Notes under the pieces: model-generated
The model's input: the letters and a program-made list of their open reading frames with translations, nothing else
Told to the model about the DNA's origin: nothing
The model's database searches: none
Part shown: piece after piece, positions 51,590 through 63,924 of the stretch
How positions within the stretch are numbered: position 1 is the stretch's first letter
Layout: every line of letters starts with the position of its first letter
Source of the DNA: Octopus vulgaris
Lineage: Eukaryota
Reading direction: 5' to 3'
NCBI GenBank assembly: GCA_951406725.2
Contig: OX597823.1
Span: 115,568,001-115,632,000 of the forward strand
Length of the DNA stretch: 64,000 bases
Position numbers and translations under genes: made by a program

Positions 51590-52183
51590 GGGAGGAGGAA
51601 GTTGGTTACGTTGATCCCAGTGTCCAACTGGTTTTTATTTTATTGAACCTGAAAGTATGAAAGGCAAAATCGACCCCATTGGTGTTTGATCTCAGAATGT
51701 AACTGGAAGGTGTACTGCTAAACATTTTGTCTGGCTTGCTAATGATTCGATCTGCTCATTGCCTTTAGAACGTTACAAACTGTGCCATTACTTAACTCAT
51801 AAACAATTCAATAAAAATGTCATTTTGTCAGAGCTCTTTTCTTCTTTTTGCTAAAATTTAGATTGTATGTGACTTTCTGATTCCATTGCTTGTGTGGCTA
51901 ATTATGAAAATGCTCTTAAACAAAATGAAAAACTCACTCTTTTCCAATTACTACAAGTCAAACTAATAATGATTTCAAACTTTTGGCACAAGGCCAGCAG
52001 TTTTGGGGATGGGGTAAGTTAATTAAATTGACCCCAGTGCATGACTGGTACTTATTTTACCAACCCCAAAAGGATAAAGGGCAAAGTCAACCTCAGTGAA
52101 ATTTGAACTCAGAACATAAAGATGGATGAAATGCCACTAAGCAATTCACCCAGCATGCTACCAATTCTGCCAGCTTGCAGCCT
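51590..52183 (-). mobile_element. Two SINE-B alternative-tail copies (~51590-51765, ~51971-52183)
   Basis: Family core motifs. Confidence 0.8.
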
Positions 52184-52401
52184 CGCAAGTCAAATTAACA
52201 GTAAAGTGTTGTTTCTTTTATATAGCTTGTTTCTGTAGAATTTATGCATAGATAAAATGTATGACACAGTATCTGAGAGTGAGATGTGACAGGTTCATTA
52301 CCTCACTGGACAAAATAGGTAGTGGTATTTCTTCTGGCTCTTTATGTTCTGAGCTCAAATGTTGCAAAGGACAGTATTTGAGCTCAGAACACGAAAAACC
52401 A

Positions 52402-52443
<42 letters not shown>

Positions 52444-52526
52444 ACAGAAATAGCAAGACAACAAAAGAATGAAAGAGACCTCAATATTATGTAAATAGAG
52501 GAATTTATCTGTAAATATAGTATGTG

Positions 52527-53690
52527 ACCAAATTATCCAGTCATATATGGTTCTTAAAAGATAAAGGTGTCAGTTACAACATCTATTGGAAGATCTTAGC
52601 CAAGTGTAAGCCCTGCACCAACGGCAGTGGAAAGTGCGGCCCTTTGTGATATGGAGAGATGGCTCCTCTGGAAAAGCAGACCCCGCAACATGTCTAAATT
52701 CAAGAACTGAACTTTTCAGATCATGTTCATACGTGGCTAAATATTTGTTACGTTTTTGGTCCCCTCAAGATTACAGATAGGACTTGCTTACTATATTGTA
52801 TCCATATACAAGCCTTTTATCTCTCTATACATTTTACTTATATTTTTTATATATTTTTTTACACATAAATTTTCTGCATTCTACCTTTCACCCTGCATTT
52901 TTCCTGTGCATATATAGACGTGTATATGGAATTTTTTGTGCACGCGTGTGGATGTGTGTCTGTGTGTGCGGGATTATGCATATATAGACGTGTGTGTGTG
53001 TGTGCATACATGCGAGTATGTGTGTATATTGATGTGTTTTACTCTAATTCCTTATTTTTTACACTTTTTTCTGTATTTTGCCTTTAGCCCTGTTTTTTCT
53101 TGTGCATGTGCATATATAGACATGTGTATGAACTTTTTCTTTAGTGCACACGTGTGTGTGCATATATAGACATGTGTGGGTATGTGCGTATATTAGACAT
53201 GTGTGTGCGTGCATGTGAGTATGTGCTTATATAGACGTGTTTTACTCTAATTCCTTATTTTTTACGCTTTTTTCACACATTTTTCTGTATTTTGTATTTA
53301 GCCCTGTTTTTTCTTGTGCGTGTGTATGAACCTTTTTTTGTGTGCACGTGTGTGTGTGAGCGTGTATGCGGGTATGTATATATTTTTTGGCGAATGTGTG
53401 GGTGATCATGTGTATATTTCATGTAAGGGGAGGGTGGATGGGTATATACATATAGGTGCATGTACGTGGGTGTGCGGGTGCACATGTGTATGTATGGACA
53501 CATGTGCTTACGCAATTACTATGAACATTTTTACTCCCTTACCTTTACTCCCTCTCCTTACTCAGCAGTCATTCAAATGGCTCTTTTGTCTTAATAACGG
53601 TCAATCACAGTAATTTCCCTTTGTTTAATGGTCATTTTCATAGCATTTTTTCAATGGCCCGATAACTGAAGAGATGCCAGCGTGGGATAG
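52527..53690 (+). mobile_element. Penelope-like element 3' remnant (CxLC-type C-terminus) with pseudo-LTR truncated at an HHR half-site
   Basis: TKLSSHIWFLKDKGVSYNIYWKILAKCKPCTNGSGKCG/LCDMERWLLWK/ADPATCLNSRTELFRSCSYVAKYLL (two frameshifts, stop at 52778-52780); CTGAAGAG at ~53666. Confidence 0.85.
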
Positions 53691-54200
53691 TAATTTTACC
53701 TTGTACTTATTCTTAGTGCAAGTTTTGAAGAGTTCAGTTCGATTTTAACAGCCATAATTTTCAAAGCTATAATGGAAGTGACAAAGGAACATATTTGGCA
53801 TATATTGTGTTATGAGTTCAATAAAGTCAACAACACAACGAAAAGTGTGAGGAATATTAATGCAGTAAATGAAGATTGGACAATGAGCTTAAGCCAGTGT
53901 GAACGGTGATTCCCAAAATTCTGAGCCAGAAACTACAGCCTAGAAGATGAGTCTCATCCTGGAAGATCTGTAGAGTTTGACAAGGATGACCTGCAAACTC
54001 TGGTGGAACAAAATCCCATCATAACTGTTGAGGAACTAACAGAGAAGCTTGGATTTGGTCATTCAACCATTCATTGACACCTGCGTGCCATTGGAAGAAT
54101 CAGCAAATTGGATCGATGGGTTCCTCACAAAGTTTCCAACTCAAATCATATATAGTGAGGGAATATGTGCTCGTCTGTACTGTCATGTCTCATGAATAAA
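53691..54200 (+). mobile_element. Mariner fragment (same family as 42491-42922), pseudogenised
   Basis: ATG 53772 MEVTKEHIWHILCYEFNK...SLEDESHPGRS...KLDRWVPH with in-frame stops. Confidence 0.9.
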
Positions 54201-55150
54201 CACGAATAAAATCAAGGTGCCATGTAAAAAGCATAGGTGTGGGTGTTGGTGCCACATAGAAAGCACCCAGTACATTTTGTAAAGTGGTTGGTGTTAGGAA
54301 AGACATTCAGCCACAGAAACCAAACCAAAGTAGACAATGAAATCTGGTGTGGCTCCTGGCCTTACCAGTCCTCAGCCAAACCATCCAACCCATGCCAGCA
54401 TGGAAAACAGATGTTAAATGTTATTGATGATGATGATGATGATTATGATATAATAGTAGCATGAAGATGAAAATATTCTCGACATGAACTCTTATCTCCC
54501 TCTAGGACACTGTACTTCAAAGCACTGCATCTGTTAGCCAGTCCTGAAATGCAGGATATCTCAAGAACTGTACTAACCTTGGTTACATACATTTTAAAGG
54601 AAGTGAGGAACTCTGTAATGCAAGGAAGGAAAATAATCCCTTCTTTTATAATTTCTATTTGTTCTCCGATCTATAATCGTTGCAGGAACGGTCTTTTGAC
54701 TTTGAACATTTTTCAACTGATGTTAAGAGTTAAATCAGTTCTGGATAAAAGTATCTGTCGACATCTTATTATGGATTGGCAGCATCAATAGATTGTTGGA
54801 CTCAATGCCTTGCAGTACTTTCCCAGCTTTTTGCATTTTGGTGCTGAGTCTATAAAATAAAATACCACACATCTTCTCAAAATTGCTTGCCTGATTCTGA
54901 AACTAGAATTCATTATTTAGAGTGACAAGCTGAGAGAATCTTTTGCTCGTTGGGATAAATGCTTTCTGGAACTTTTTCTGGTTCTTTGCATTCTGAGTTC
55001 AAATCCTGCCCAGGTCAACTTTGTATTTCCAAGGTTGATAAAATTAAGTATTTGTCAAGTACTGGATGGTATCAATTTGTCTCCTCTGATTAAAATAGCT
55101 GGACTTTTGCCTTATTTACAAACCATTATTATTATTATTATTATTGTTAT

Positions 55151-56254
55151 CTTTTTTTCTTCTTTCAAATTTGCTTCCATTTCTTGCCGAGTGTCTTCCC
55201 GACTCCTAGGGCAAAGAAACTCATAGTATACATTGATAGGCCATCAAACTAAACTCACTAGTTCGTTCATTTTTTTTTTTTTAAAGTTAAATTAAAATAC
55301 ACGGGTAGTAATAGTTCTCACATCGACAATGCTCTTCTCAATACGTGTGATGTACCATTTAAGACAATCTTTTGCACTTCTTGCAGGGATGGTAAGCCAG
55401 GGATCATTCTCATATAATTTTCGGTTCCCTTCTTGATCATTCCTAGTGCTCCTACGATCACTGGTATTGTAACCGCCTTGAGATGCCACATTTTCTCAAT
55501 TTCAATAAGCAGGTCTTTATATTTTCTGAGCTTGTCAAACTCTTTCGCCGAGATATTATGATCACAGGGGATGCTCATGTCGATCAATAAGCAAACTTTA
55601 TTGTTTTGGTCTTTCACATCAATATCCGGTTTATTGGCTTTGATGGTTCGGTCTGTATGTACTGGAAAGTCCCACAGAATCGTTACATTTTCTCCTTCAG
55701 TTACAGCTTCAGGGTGGTGATTATACCACTTGTCGGCAGTTTTGATATTGTAATGCCGACTTATTAGCCAGTGTAGATATTGGCCAACTCTGTCATGTCT
55801 TAATTTATACTCCACTGGTGCTAAGACTTTACATCCAGAGATTAGGTGGTCCACTGTTTCAATCATGTCGTTGCAGAATCGGCATTTTGGGTCTGCTCCA
55901 TTTTTCATCACATTGGCCTGGTAGTTCCGGGTTAATAGGCTTTGATCTTGAGCAGCCAGGATGAAACCTTCGCTCTCTGCTTTTAGCCCTGAGCTCCATA
56001 GCCACTGATGGGTTTGCTTCTAGTCAACATCAGCTTGTTTGCTGCAGGCCACATATTTGCCGTGCAGAGGTTTCTCCTCCCACCTATCAGCCAATTGCTC
56101 ATGTGCTTTTTTCGTTGCCATTATTTTCACCTTCTTTGCAACAATAGTTGCCGTACTTCCCTCGGGTTGTTCAGTTTGGGTATCCTGCATGAGATCAATA
56201 GCAAATTTTTTGCTTTCCTTATGATAGAATGAAGCTTCTTTCGTCTTTCGTCTC
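55151..56254 (-). mobile_element. 5'-truncated R4/Dong-clade non-LTR retrotransposon in a (TAA)n array
   Basis: WEEKPLHGKY, WL.SSGLKAESEGFILAAQDQ, CRFC...ETVDHLISGC, RHD, KPDI..D...K restriction-like endonuclease; (TAA)n on both sides. Confidence 0.93.
55318..55911 (-). CDS. Open C-terminal segment of the R4/Dong ORF (CCHC knuckle plus PD-(D/E)xK endonuclease), 197 aa; fragment only
   Basis: Supplied ORF; the same frame continues upstream through one stop, then a frameshift. Confidence 0.8.
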   Translation of the reverse strand: MMKNGADPKCRFCNDMIETVDHLISGCKVLAPVEYKLRHDRVGQYLHWLISRHYNIKTADKWYNHHPEAVTEGENVTILWDFPVHTDRTIKANKPDIDVKDQNNKVCLLIDMSIPCDHNISAKEFDKLRKYKDLLIEIEKMWHLKAVTIPVIVGALGMIKKGTENYMRMIPGLPSLQEVQKIVLNGTSHVLRRALSM

Positions 56255-56297
<43 letters not shown>

Positions 56298-56521
56298 GAG
56301 TGAGAGAGCAATGCATGCCATCAAAATGACACTGGGGTAAAATATACGAAGCCCAGTATAACCATTATGACTACCCATCTGATAAGGCTACACCAGGCAC
56401 ATGCATCATAACCATAAGTGCGCGACATGGCTTACAAAGAATAAGTCCTGGGGACCATTTGTTCGACTAAAGGCGGTGCTCCAGCATGGCCGCAGTCAAA
56501 TGACTGAAACAAGTGAAAGAG
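56298..56521. mobile_element. Truncated copy of the (TAA)n element (56298-56430) fused to a SINE-C tail (56429-56521)
   Basis: Matches 38991-39123; GG microhomology at the junction. Confidence 0.85.
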
Positions 56522-57562
56522 TCAATGTTAACTGGGATGCATCTTTTAACAATTGTTGACACTGTTTAAGGTATTTTACGCACCACCACCAGTTAGATAT
56601 GTAATTGAAAGTATTTACAGTTTCCCCCTCTGTGTCGGCAAAGATTTCAGCTGTGAAGTGTGAAGAATATATTTTCTGTATGAGCTGAATGAGACAAATA
56701 GATGTGAGGTTAAATATTTTGTCTTCTGCCAACAAGCTCACGAGTTGAAACCTTCCTTCAAACACTGTTCTATTTCAGACAACATGTGAAACTACACTTG
56801 ACTGAGTTCATCTGTCTGAAAATAGTTGCCACTTGATGGTTGAATAGTTAAAAAGATTAATCGAACAGTGAAAACAACTGTCGTAAATAATTCATATACG
56901 AAACACTATTTCATCCGTGCTACTGCGTTGTCAAAGGAGATGAAATAGATTTTAAGAAAAAGCAATTTATGTAAATATTTAAAACTTTTGCATTTTCTTT
57001 TGTCTTCTATGTTTACCCTCTTCTTTATTTATTCATTTATTTATTTTTTTTGAGTAGGTAGAGTATTGTAAAATATATATATATGTTTATATATATATAT
57101 ACACATATATACACACGTGCATGCAGATGTATTTATATATACATATGTATGCATATATATATATATACATACATGCATACACACACACATGCATGCACAC
57201 ATATACATGTGCGCACACGCACACACACACACACACACACGATGTGGTCATTATTTATTGTCAGTGGAACCCTGAATGAGCTGAATCTATTGACAAAAGC
57301 ATTCTATCCCTGACCATCATGTACTGATTCTTCAGACCATTCACAACAATAATCAAAAGTGTCCGTTGATGTTCAAGATGATTTGTGTAATTTGAGGGAG
57401 ATCTTATTGTTATTTCTAGAAGACAGAGTGCCCGGGTAGAGGATCTCTATATGCTGTTATGGCAATATATTTTACAAAGAATACAATGACTATGAGACTG
57501 AACATTTAAATGTTGTGTTCAATATCTAGAAAAATTGATACCAGTTCAAATAATAGGAACAG

Positions 57563-58030
57563 ATCTGGTCATCAAAGTAGAGATTTCAAACTTAAAATCT
57601 TCAAAGCCACAGTCGAACCAATTCTACTACATGGCTCAGAAACCTGGATGTTATCAAAGAAGCTTGAGAGGTGGTTAGATGGAACCTACACTCGCCTCCT
57701 TATGAGAGCTCAAAATCTCTTGTGGAAGCATCATCCAACCAAAGTACAAATATATGGGAAACTACCACCTGTGTCACCTCTTGTGAAAGGTAGAAGAGCC
57801 CAGTTTGCTGGACATTGTTGTAGAGCTGAAAACGAGGTAATTTCTACTCTTCTCCTCTGGAAGCCATCTGCTCATGATACCAGAGGGTGCACACTCTCCT
57901 ACCCTGATGTAATCTCCAGGGATACAGACATCCAGCAACAGGACCTCCGTAATACTATGATAGACTGTGAGGTCTGACGTAACATAGTAAATTCCATTTT
58001 CTCGACCACGGTCGAACAATGATGATGATG
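57563..58030 (+). mobile_element. 3' end of a second RTE-clade LINE family
   Basis: KLKIFKATVEPILLHGSETW...LDGTYTRLL...RRAQFAGHC; (GAT)n tail. Confidence 0.9.
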
Positions 58031-58253
58031 GTGAGTATGTCCTCAACTTGCTGTGTAGAGTACAAAGCCTTTAGTGGGAAAGAAATGGGTTTTATCTAGC
58101 TGGCATACGTTAGAACAGGGGTCCTGAACCACTGGGCAGCACATCAGTATCAGGCCATGAATCATTTGTACTGAACAGCACAGAATATAATATAACAATA
58201 GTAGAAGTAAAGTGCATAATTTTCTATGTAATTGTAAATATATATTTGTATTA

Positions 58254-58635
58254 TCTCTCTCTATATAAAGCTGAAGTTGTCTGTGTATGGCAGGTTTGGT
58301 AGCCTTCAACTAACACTATCTCCTCGGAGACAAGTTGACCAAAATTAAGAGTATGATAGAAGAAAGCCTGCTCTTCCTTCCGTAGAAGAAAAAATTCAAA
58401 TCGGACCATGTTAACACCAAAAATTATTTACATCAAAAAGGTGCTTTTTTTCTATGAAAATCCCTATTTTTTACGACTTTTTCACTGCTGTGTCGCCAAT
58501 TTTTGGTGTATTTCAACCAGAAAAATGTTCACTTAAAGAGAATAACAAGCTACATAATGCACACATTTTACTTTTCAAAAATTCCAATTCTAAAGGGTCA
58601 AAACAAACCCAAGAAACGCCGGGCGATACTGCTAG
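58254..58635 (+). mobile_element. Non-autonomous Helitron copy 1
   Basis: A|TC start, subterminal CCC..AACGCCGGG hairpin, CTAG|T end, no TSD. Confidence 0.85.
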
Positions 58636-59800
58636 TATATGTAATAACTAAATTATATATTATGCACTTTATTGTGTTTTGTTATGCACATTATCCTGCA
58701 GTCCATGTAAGAATTGCCTTGCATGAAATGGTTCCATGATACAAAAATGGTTTGGGACTGCTGCTTTAGAAGACATTGATTTGAAAATGAAACCATCAAT
58801 TTGTTCCTCTAACGAGCTGTGTATGTTATTTTTAATATCATTTTTAATACTTACCATTCAACTGTGTTAGATAAGAGCAGTTTCTATTTTTAGATTCATT
58901 GATTAAGGGTAGAATACAATAGTAAGGTAGGTTAGAACTTACTCTCAATGCAGTCGGTAGGCTGGCCACTCTGTTATAATAAGCTATAAATTAACAACAA
59001 ACTTAGGTGAATATAAATAATGTAGTGATTTGTGACTTTATGAACAACTTTAACATTATAAACACAAAATCAATATCTATTTATATAACTGTTATTTCTT
59101 TCCTCCATAAAACAATAAGTTGTTATACAACATCATAAGCTTGATTTCATTCTGTTGACATCAGACTATTTTAATATTTATTTTCTTCTTGTATTTTTCC
59201 ATTTTCAAAATAAGTTGCAACTCTTGCATGAAAATTCGGCTATAAACTTCCAAATATCTACCTTTCATCTCTGTTACTCTAACCAACCTTAACTGACCTT
59301 TCCCCTGAATATCCGAAAGAAATTCACAAGTATTTCTGGCGAGTGAATTCTTCCCTTGAAATGACATTGTTTTGATCTATTATTCTGAACCATATTAGAT
59401 CAAAGCCCATCACAGATGTTGCACTGAACCCTTAATAAAGCTGCATTACACCCCTTGCTTCAGTTACGTTAACTTTAATATAGGTAATAATCAATTAGTT
59501 GGTTGAACGTTAGGAAAAATACCCAACCATCTAACTTTGCAAAATCATAAAACTGATGGTAAGAAAAAACATAGGATGTTACAAGAACTGAAAAAAATTT
59601 TTTTAAATGCCAAGTTCTTTAGATTTTGTAATCTAATCATGAAGAAATAACTAAATACAAAAATAGTTATGGAATAGAGCAGTTATAGCGATTGTTTTTG
59701 TTCTTGAAATTTTGTTTAGTTCTTGGTGCAGGTTTATCTTTTTATCAATGAACTATACTCAATAACTACGGCTTTCACATCTCACACATCTCTTATATCT

Positions 59801-60032
59801 GTTTCTTTACTACCCACAAGGGGCTAAACACAGAGAGGATAAACAAGGACAGACAAACAGATTAAGTCAATTACATCAACCCCAGTGTATAACTGGTACT
59901 TAATTTACCGACCGCGAAAGGATGAAAGGCAAAGTCGACCTCGGTGGAATTTGAACTCAGAACGTAACAGCAGATGAAATACGGCTAAGCATTTTGACCG
60001 GCATGCCAACATTTCTGCCAGCTCGCCGCCTT
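59801..60032 (-). mobile_element. SINE-B, full length, 21-bp TSD
   Basis: TSD TCTCACACATCTCTTATATCT at 59780-59800 and 60035-60055. Confidence 0.95.
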
Positions 60033-61317
60033 CCTCTCACACATCTCTTATATCTTCCATGCAAATAATGCATTATGTTCCTCTCTGCTTGTTGAAATCT
60101 ATTTCCATATAACCAATATTTGTAAAAAGCCTTCCACCAAAACAGAAAGAGATTTTCCCTGATTCCTACTTCAATATAGACTTTCATTAATTGTTTGAGA
60201 CTTACTTGGGGCAAGCCATAAACTATGAGACTGATGTAAGCAACAATTCATGCTTTTATAGATAAGGACTGGCAATAAAAGTCCTTTGCATAGGATACAA
60301 TGCCTCCAACTCAAACAGTCTTCATACACTATCTATCATGGCTTTAATATACTATTTTTGGTTTTACCAGTTGAATGTCTGGTGTTCTTTATGAAGATTT
60401 TATTGTAAGTAATAAATAATACAGTGGAACGGCTTCAGATTACAAAGGATAGGAAACAAGTAGAATAAATCCAGTTTATTGTTGTATTGTTTTGTCATAA
60501 AACAAGCAGTTATTAAGATCTTAAAATTACATATGAACTTTATCATGACTTGTAGTGAAATGTTTCTTTTACTTTGTATTTAAATTGATTAAAAAAAAAA
60601 AAAAAAGATGTTTGTATCTGAAGTTTATCTGAATATCAAAGTTATTTGATACTTTATGGAACAGAAATTATTGCTGGCCATTCTTAAATTAACTTGCATA
60701 TTGATGTTCTTAATGATTTGCTTATTATTATAATAATAAAAAAAAAAGTTATCTGAGCCAGACAGATACTGAGATGATGTTAATAAATTATCATCATTGG
60801 TTAATTAGCAAAGATAAAATCTTCATGGATGGGAAATGGAAAATAACAGGCGATTTTCTAAAGTACAACAGAAACATGGAGGGTATGCACATTAACCATA
60901 TTACTGTAAAAGTATTGGGGGTAGAACTATATTGTTAGGGACTATCTACTTAAGCATTAAAAGTAATTAAAGAATTAAAATATTTCACTTCTGCAGCAGA
61001 TACTGGATTTGTAGCAGATATTTAAGTGAAGCAGTTGATTAAATAGCTATCAATCATTTTTAATTGAGAAGATGGATTTGTACTTAACCTTGCCCATGCA
61101 TTGTGTGGGACTTTTTGTTTTTTTTTACTAATTTGACAATTACTATTAATTTCAGACTTATCAGTGATTCAGTAGGATTTGTCTGTCAATTATCTAAAGC
61201 AAAATTGTAAGCATAACTATATCTTTTAAGTCAGTCAGTTTAATCAATCACTGGGGAGCCTCAGCTTGCATTGGGGTTTCTAGACACTCAAACCAATCAA
61301 GCACATTTCAAAACTAA

Positions 61318-61600
61318 TCTATATATATATAAAGCTGAAGTTGTCTGTGTGTGGCAGGTTTGGTAGCCTTCAACTAACACTATCTCCTCCGAGACCCTGC
61401 GGCGCAAGTTGACCACAATTGAAAGTATGATAGAAGAAGGCTTGCTCTTCATTTTGTAGGAGATAAAATTCAAATCAGACCATGTTAAGACCAAAAATTA
61501 TTTACATCAAAAAGCTACATAATGCAAAATTTTTACTTTTCAAAAATTTCAATTCTAAAGGGTCGAAACAAACCCAAGCAACGCCGGGTGATATTGCTAG
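61318..61600 (+). mobile_element. Non-autonomous Helitron copy 2 (internally deleted)
   Basis: A|TCTATATA ... CCCAAGCAACGCCGGG..CTAG|T; collinear with 58254-58635. Confidence 0.87.
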
Positions 61601-62230
61601 TAATCAAATAAAACAAGAAAGATATAGAACACACCTATTCACTGCATTTACCTCTGTCCTTGTCTTTAACCATCCATCACTCTCCTTTGTACACTCAGAA
61701 ACTTACCCCCTGCCCGTCTACCACCACTATTTCCAATCTTCCGTTGCTATTCTGTCTCTTGCATTCACCTTCTTGTACTTTAAGGGTATGTCTGACATTT
61801 CATCAACACCATATCTTTTCTCTTTCTCCAGCTGAAGCCGCCATATATCTCCTCCACAGCAAGGCACCCCTTTCTGTCCTCTATCATACTTTAACCTCTC
61901 AACATTAAGACACCTCTTCCAATACTGCACCTGGTTCAGCTGAGGCATGAATTACTCAGTGACCTCACTGGTGTTGGTGCCATGGAAAAAAGCTATCAGT
62001 ACAATCTATGAATTTCTTGGGCATCAGGAAGGGCATCGAGCCATAGAACATCATGGCAAAGCAAACATTAGGTCTCAGTGCAGTCCTCTGACTCACCCAA
62101 TCCTGTTAAACCATCCAGCCCATAACAGTGTGGAAGACGGATGCTAAGTGATGATGGCAAACATATAAGCTTGATTAAATATTCTCTAATTCTCCTGTCA
62201 AAGTTTTCTCAATAATACTTGTTACACAAA

Positions 62231-62476
62231 TCATCATCATCGTTTAACGTCCGTTTTCTGTGCTAGCACGGGCTGGATGGTTCGACCGGGGTCTGGGAAG
62301 CCAGGAGGCTGCACCAGACTCCAGTCTGATCTGGCAGTGTTTCTACAGCTGGATGCCCTTCCTAATACCAACCACTCCGTGAGTGTAGTGGGTGCTTTTT
62401 ACGTGCCAATGGCACAGGTGCTAGGGGAGGCTGGCATCAGCCACGTTCGGATGGTGCATTTTACGTGCCACCGGCA
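62231..62476 (-). mobile_element. RTE family A 3' end
   Basis: Family terminus and (CAT)n. Confidence 0.88.
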
Positions 62477-62574
62477 GTATGTCTTTTAAAATATTTACAA
62501 TTGTATCTGAAAATCTCGCATCTATGTAATATACTTAGAGTTTCAGTGTGATGTACATGACAGAGTTAGCAGCA

Positions 62575-62850
62575 CTTCTACTTGTTTCGGTTGTTAGGCC
62601 ATGGTCATGTTGGGGCACCACCTTGCTGAATTTATTATTTTTGAAGACTGAGATGTATTCTGTCTCTTTTGCCAAACTGCTAAGTTATAGGAATGTAAAG
62701 ACACCAACACCGGCTGTCAAATGGTGCAGTGGGGTACAGAACAAATGCAGACATAAAGACACACAGAGGACAGGCTTCTTTAAGTTGCTGTCTACCAAAT
62801 CCACTCACAAGGCTTTGGTGGGCATGAGGCTTATAGTAGAAGACCCTTGT
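62575..62850 (-). mobile_element. Diverged SINE-C
   Basis: TCTACCAAATCCACTCACAAGGCTTTGG and other family motifs. Confidence 0.75.
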
Positions 62851-62895
62851 CAGATCAACATGCTAAACTGGTGGGAACAACATGCAGAACCACCA

Positions 62896-63398
62896 GGATC
62901 GTAGTGATGAACCCATGTTTCATCCTGTGTGATATGTCTGCCAAAAAAAGTCCTCCTCGTTTTCTTGGTACATTACCAAAAGAGCCTGGGAGCAATTGAC
63001 TCATTCCTGCTTCTGAAAATCTGTGAGCATCTGAGGAATCCATCTAAGGAATCCAACTTCTGCATGTGCAAATGGTCGTGAATGAGTTTTTCCCTGGACC
63101 CTACACTTACCTTCACTTCTTGAGCTAGTTGCCGAATAGATATGCAGTGATCCTCCAAAATGGCAGCTTCCACTCTATGAATGGTGTTGTCATCAATGGT
63201 AGAATGTGGTCATCCAGGAATAGGAGCAGTTTCCACCAATGTCTGACCACATTTGAACTGGCAACACCAGCGCTGGACTATCTGGTATGAGGCTGCATCA
63301 TTACCATAAACTTGTTTCATCTCATCAAAAATCTCTTTTGGTGTTCAAACTTTCAAATATAGGAACCTGCTCACTGATCTGCATCCAACAGCCTTCAT
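62896..63398 (-). pseudogene. Decayed mariner transposase (second family), N-terminus to first catalytic Asp
   Basis: MKAVGCRSV.RFLYLK..TPKEIFDEMKQVYG...SIRQLAQEV...ITQDETWVHHYDP with stops and frameshifts. Confidence 0.88.
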
Positions 63399-63424
63399 TA
63401 TAACACCTTAGTCTACTTCAGCAG

Positions 63425-63716
63425 GTGGTTAGGGCAGCAGACTCGTGGTCGTAGGATCGCAGTTTCGATTCCCAGACTGGGCGTTGTGAGTGTTTATTGA
63501 GCGAAAACACCTAAAAGCTCCATGAGGCTCTGGTAGGGGTTGGTAGCGATCCCTGCTGTACTCTTTTGCTGCAACTTACTCTCTCGCATTCTTCTGTTGG
63601 CCTGCTTGTTTAGCCAGTGGGGTGGCATCATTTGAAGGCTAAAACAATGTGAAGTGCATTGTGACCAGCGATGTGTAGCAACATCTGATAGCCTGGTCAG
63701 TCACGTGATCACGTGA
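63425..63716 (+). mobile_element. SINE-D-headed variant with a different tail
   Basis: Head and body match 44071-44250; the tail is distinct and ends GTCACGTGATCACGTGAT. Confidence 0.8.
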
Positions 63717-63924
63717 TATATATATATATATATATATAGCATTATATATTGACTGTTAAGTTTGCATATAGTATTATATAGTGCTGTGTACTGAGTGCTT
63801 GGTTGACGTATAGCTTTGTATGTTGGCTGTTAGATTAATAATCACAAGTATATACATGCATATACTACTGTTTATGGTTGATTCATTGGTACATAGTATT
63901 GTATATTGACTGTTTTTTATTTGC

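Noticed and set aside
52645-52650. In-frame TGA read as selenocysteine in the PLE
   Set aside because: The TGA appears only in the uncorrected frame; after the +1 frameshift the sequence reads LCD
52754-52770. miR-133-like TTTGGTCCCCT
   Set aside because: Only 11 nt match, there is no hairpin, and it lies within PLE coding sequence
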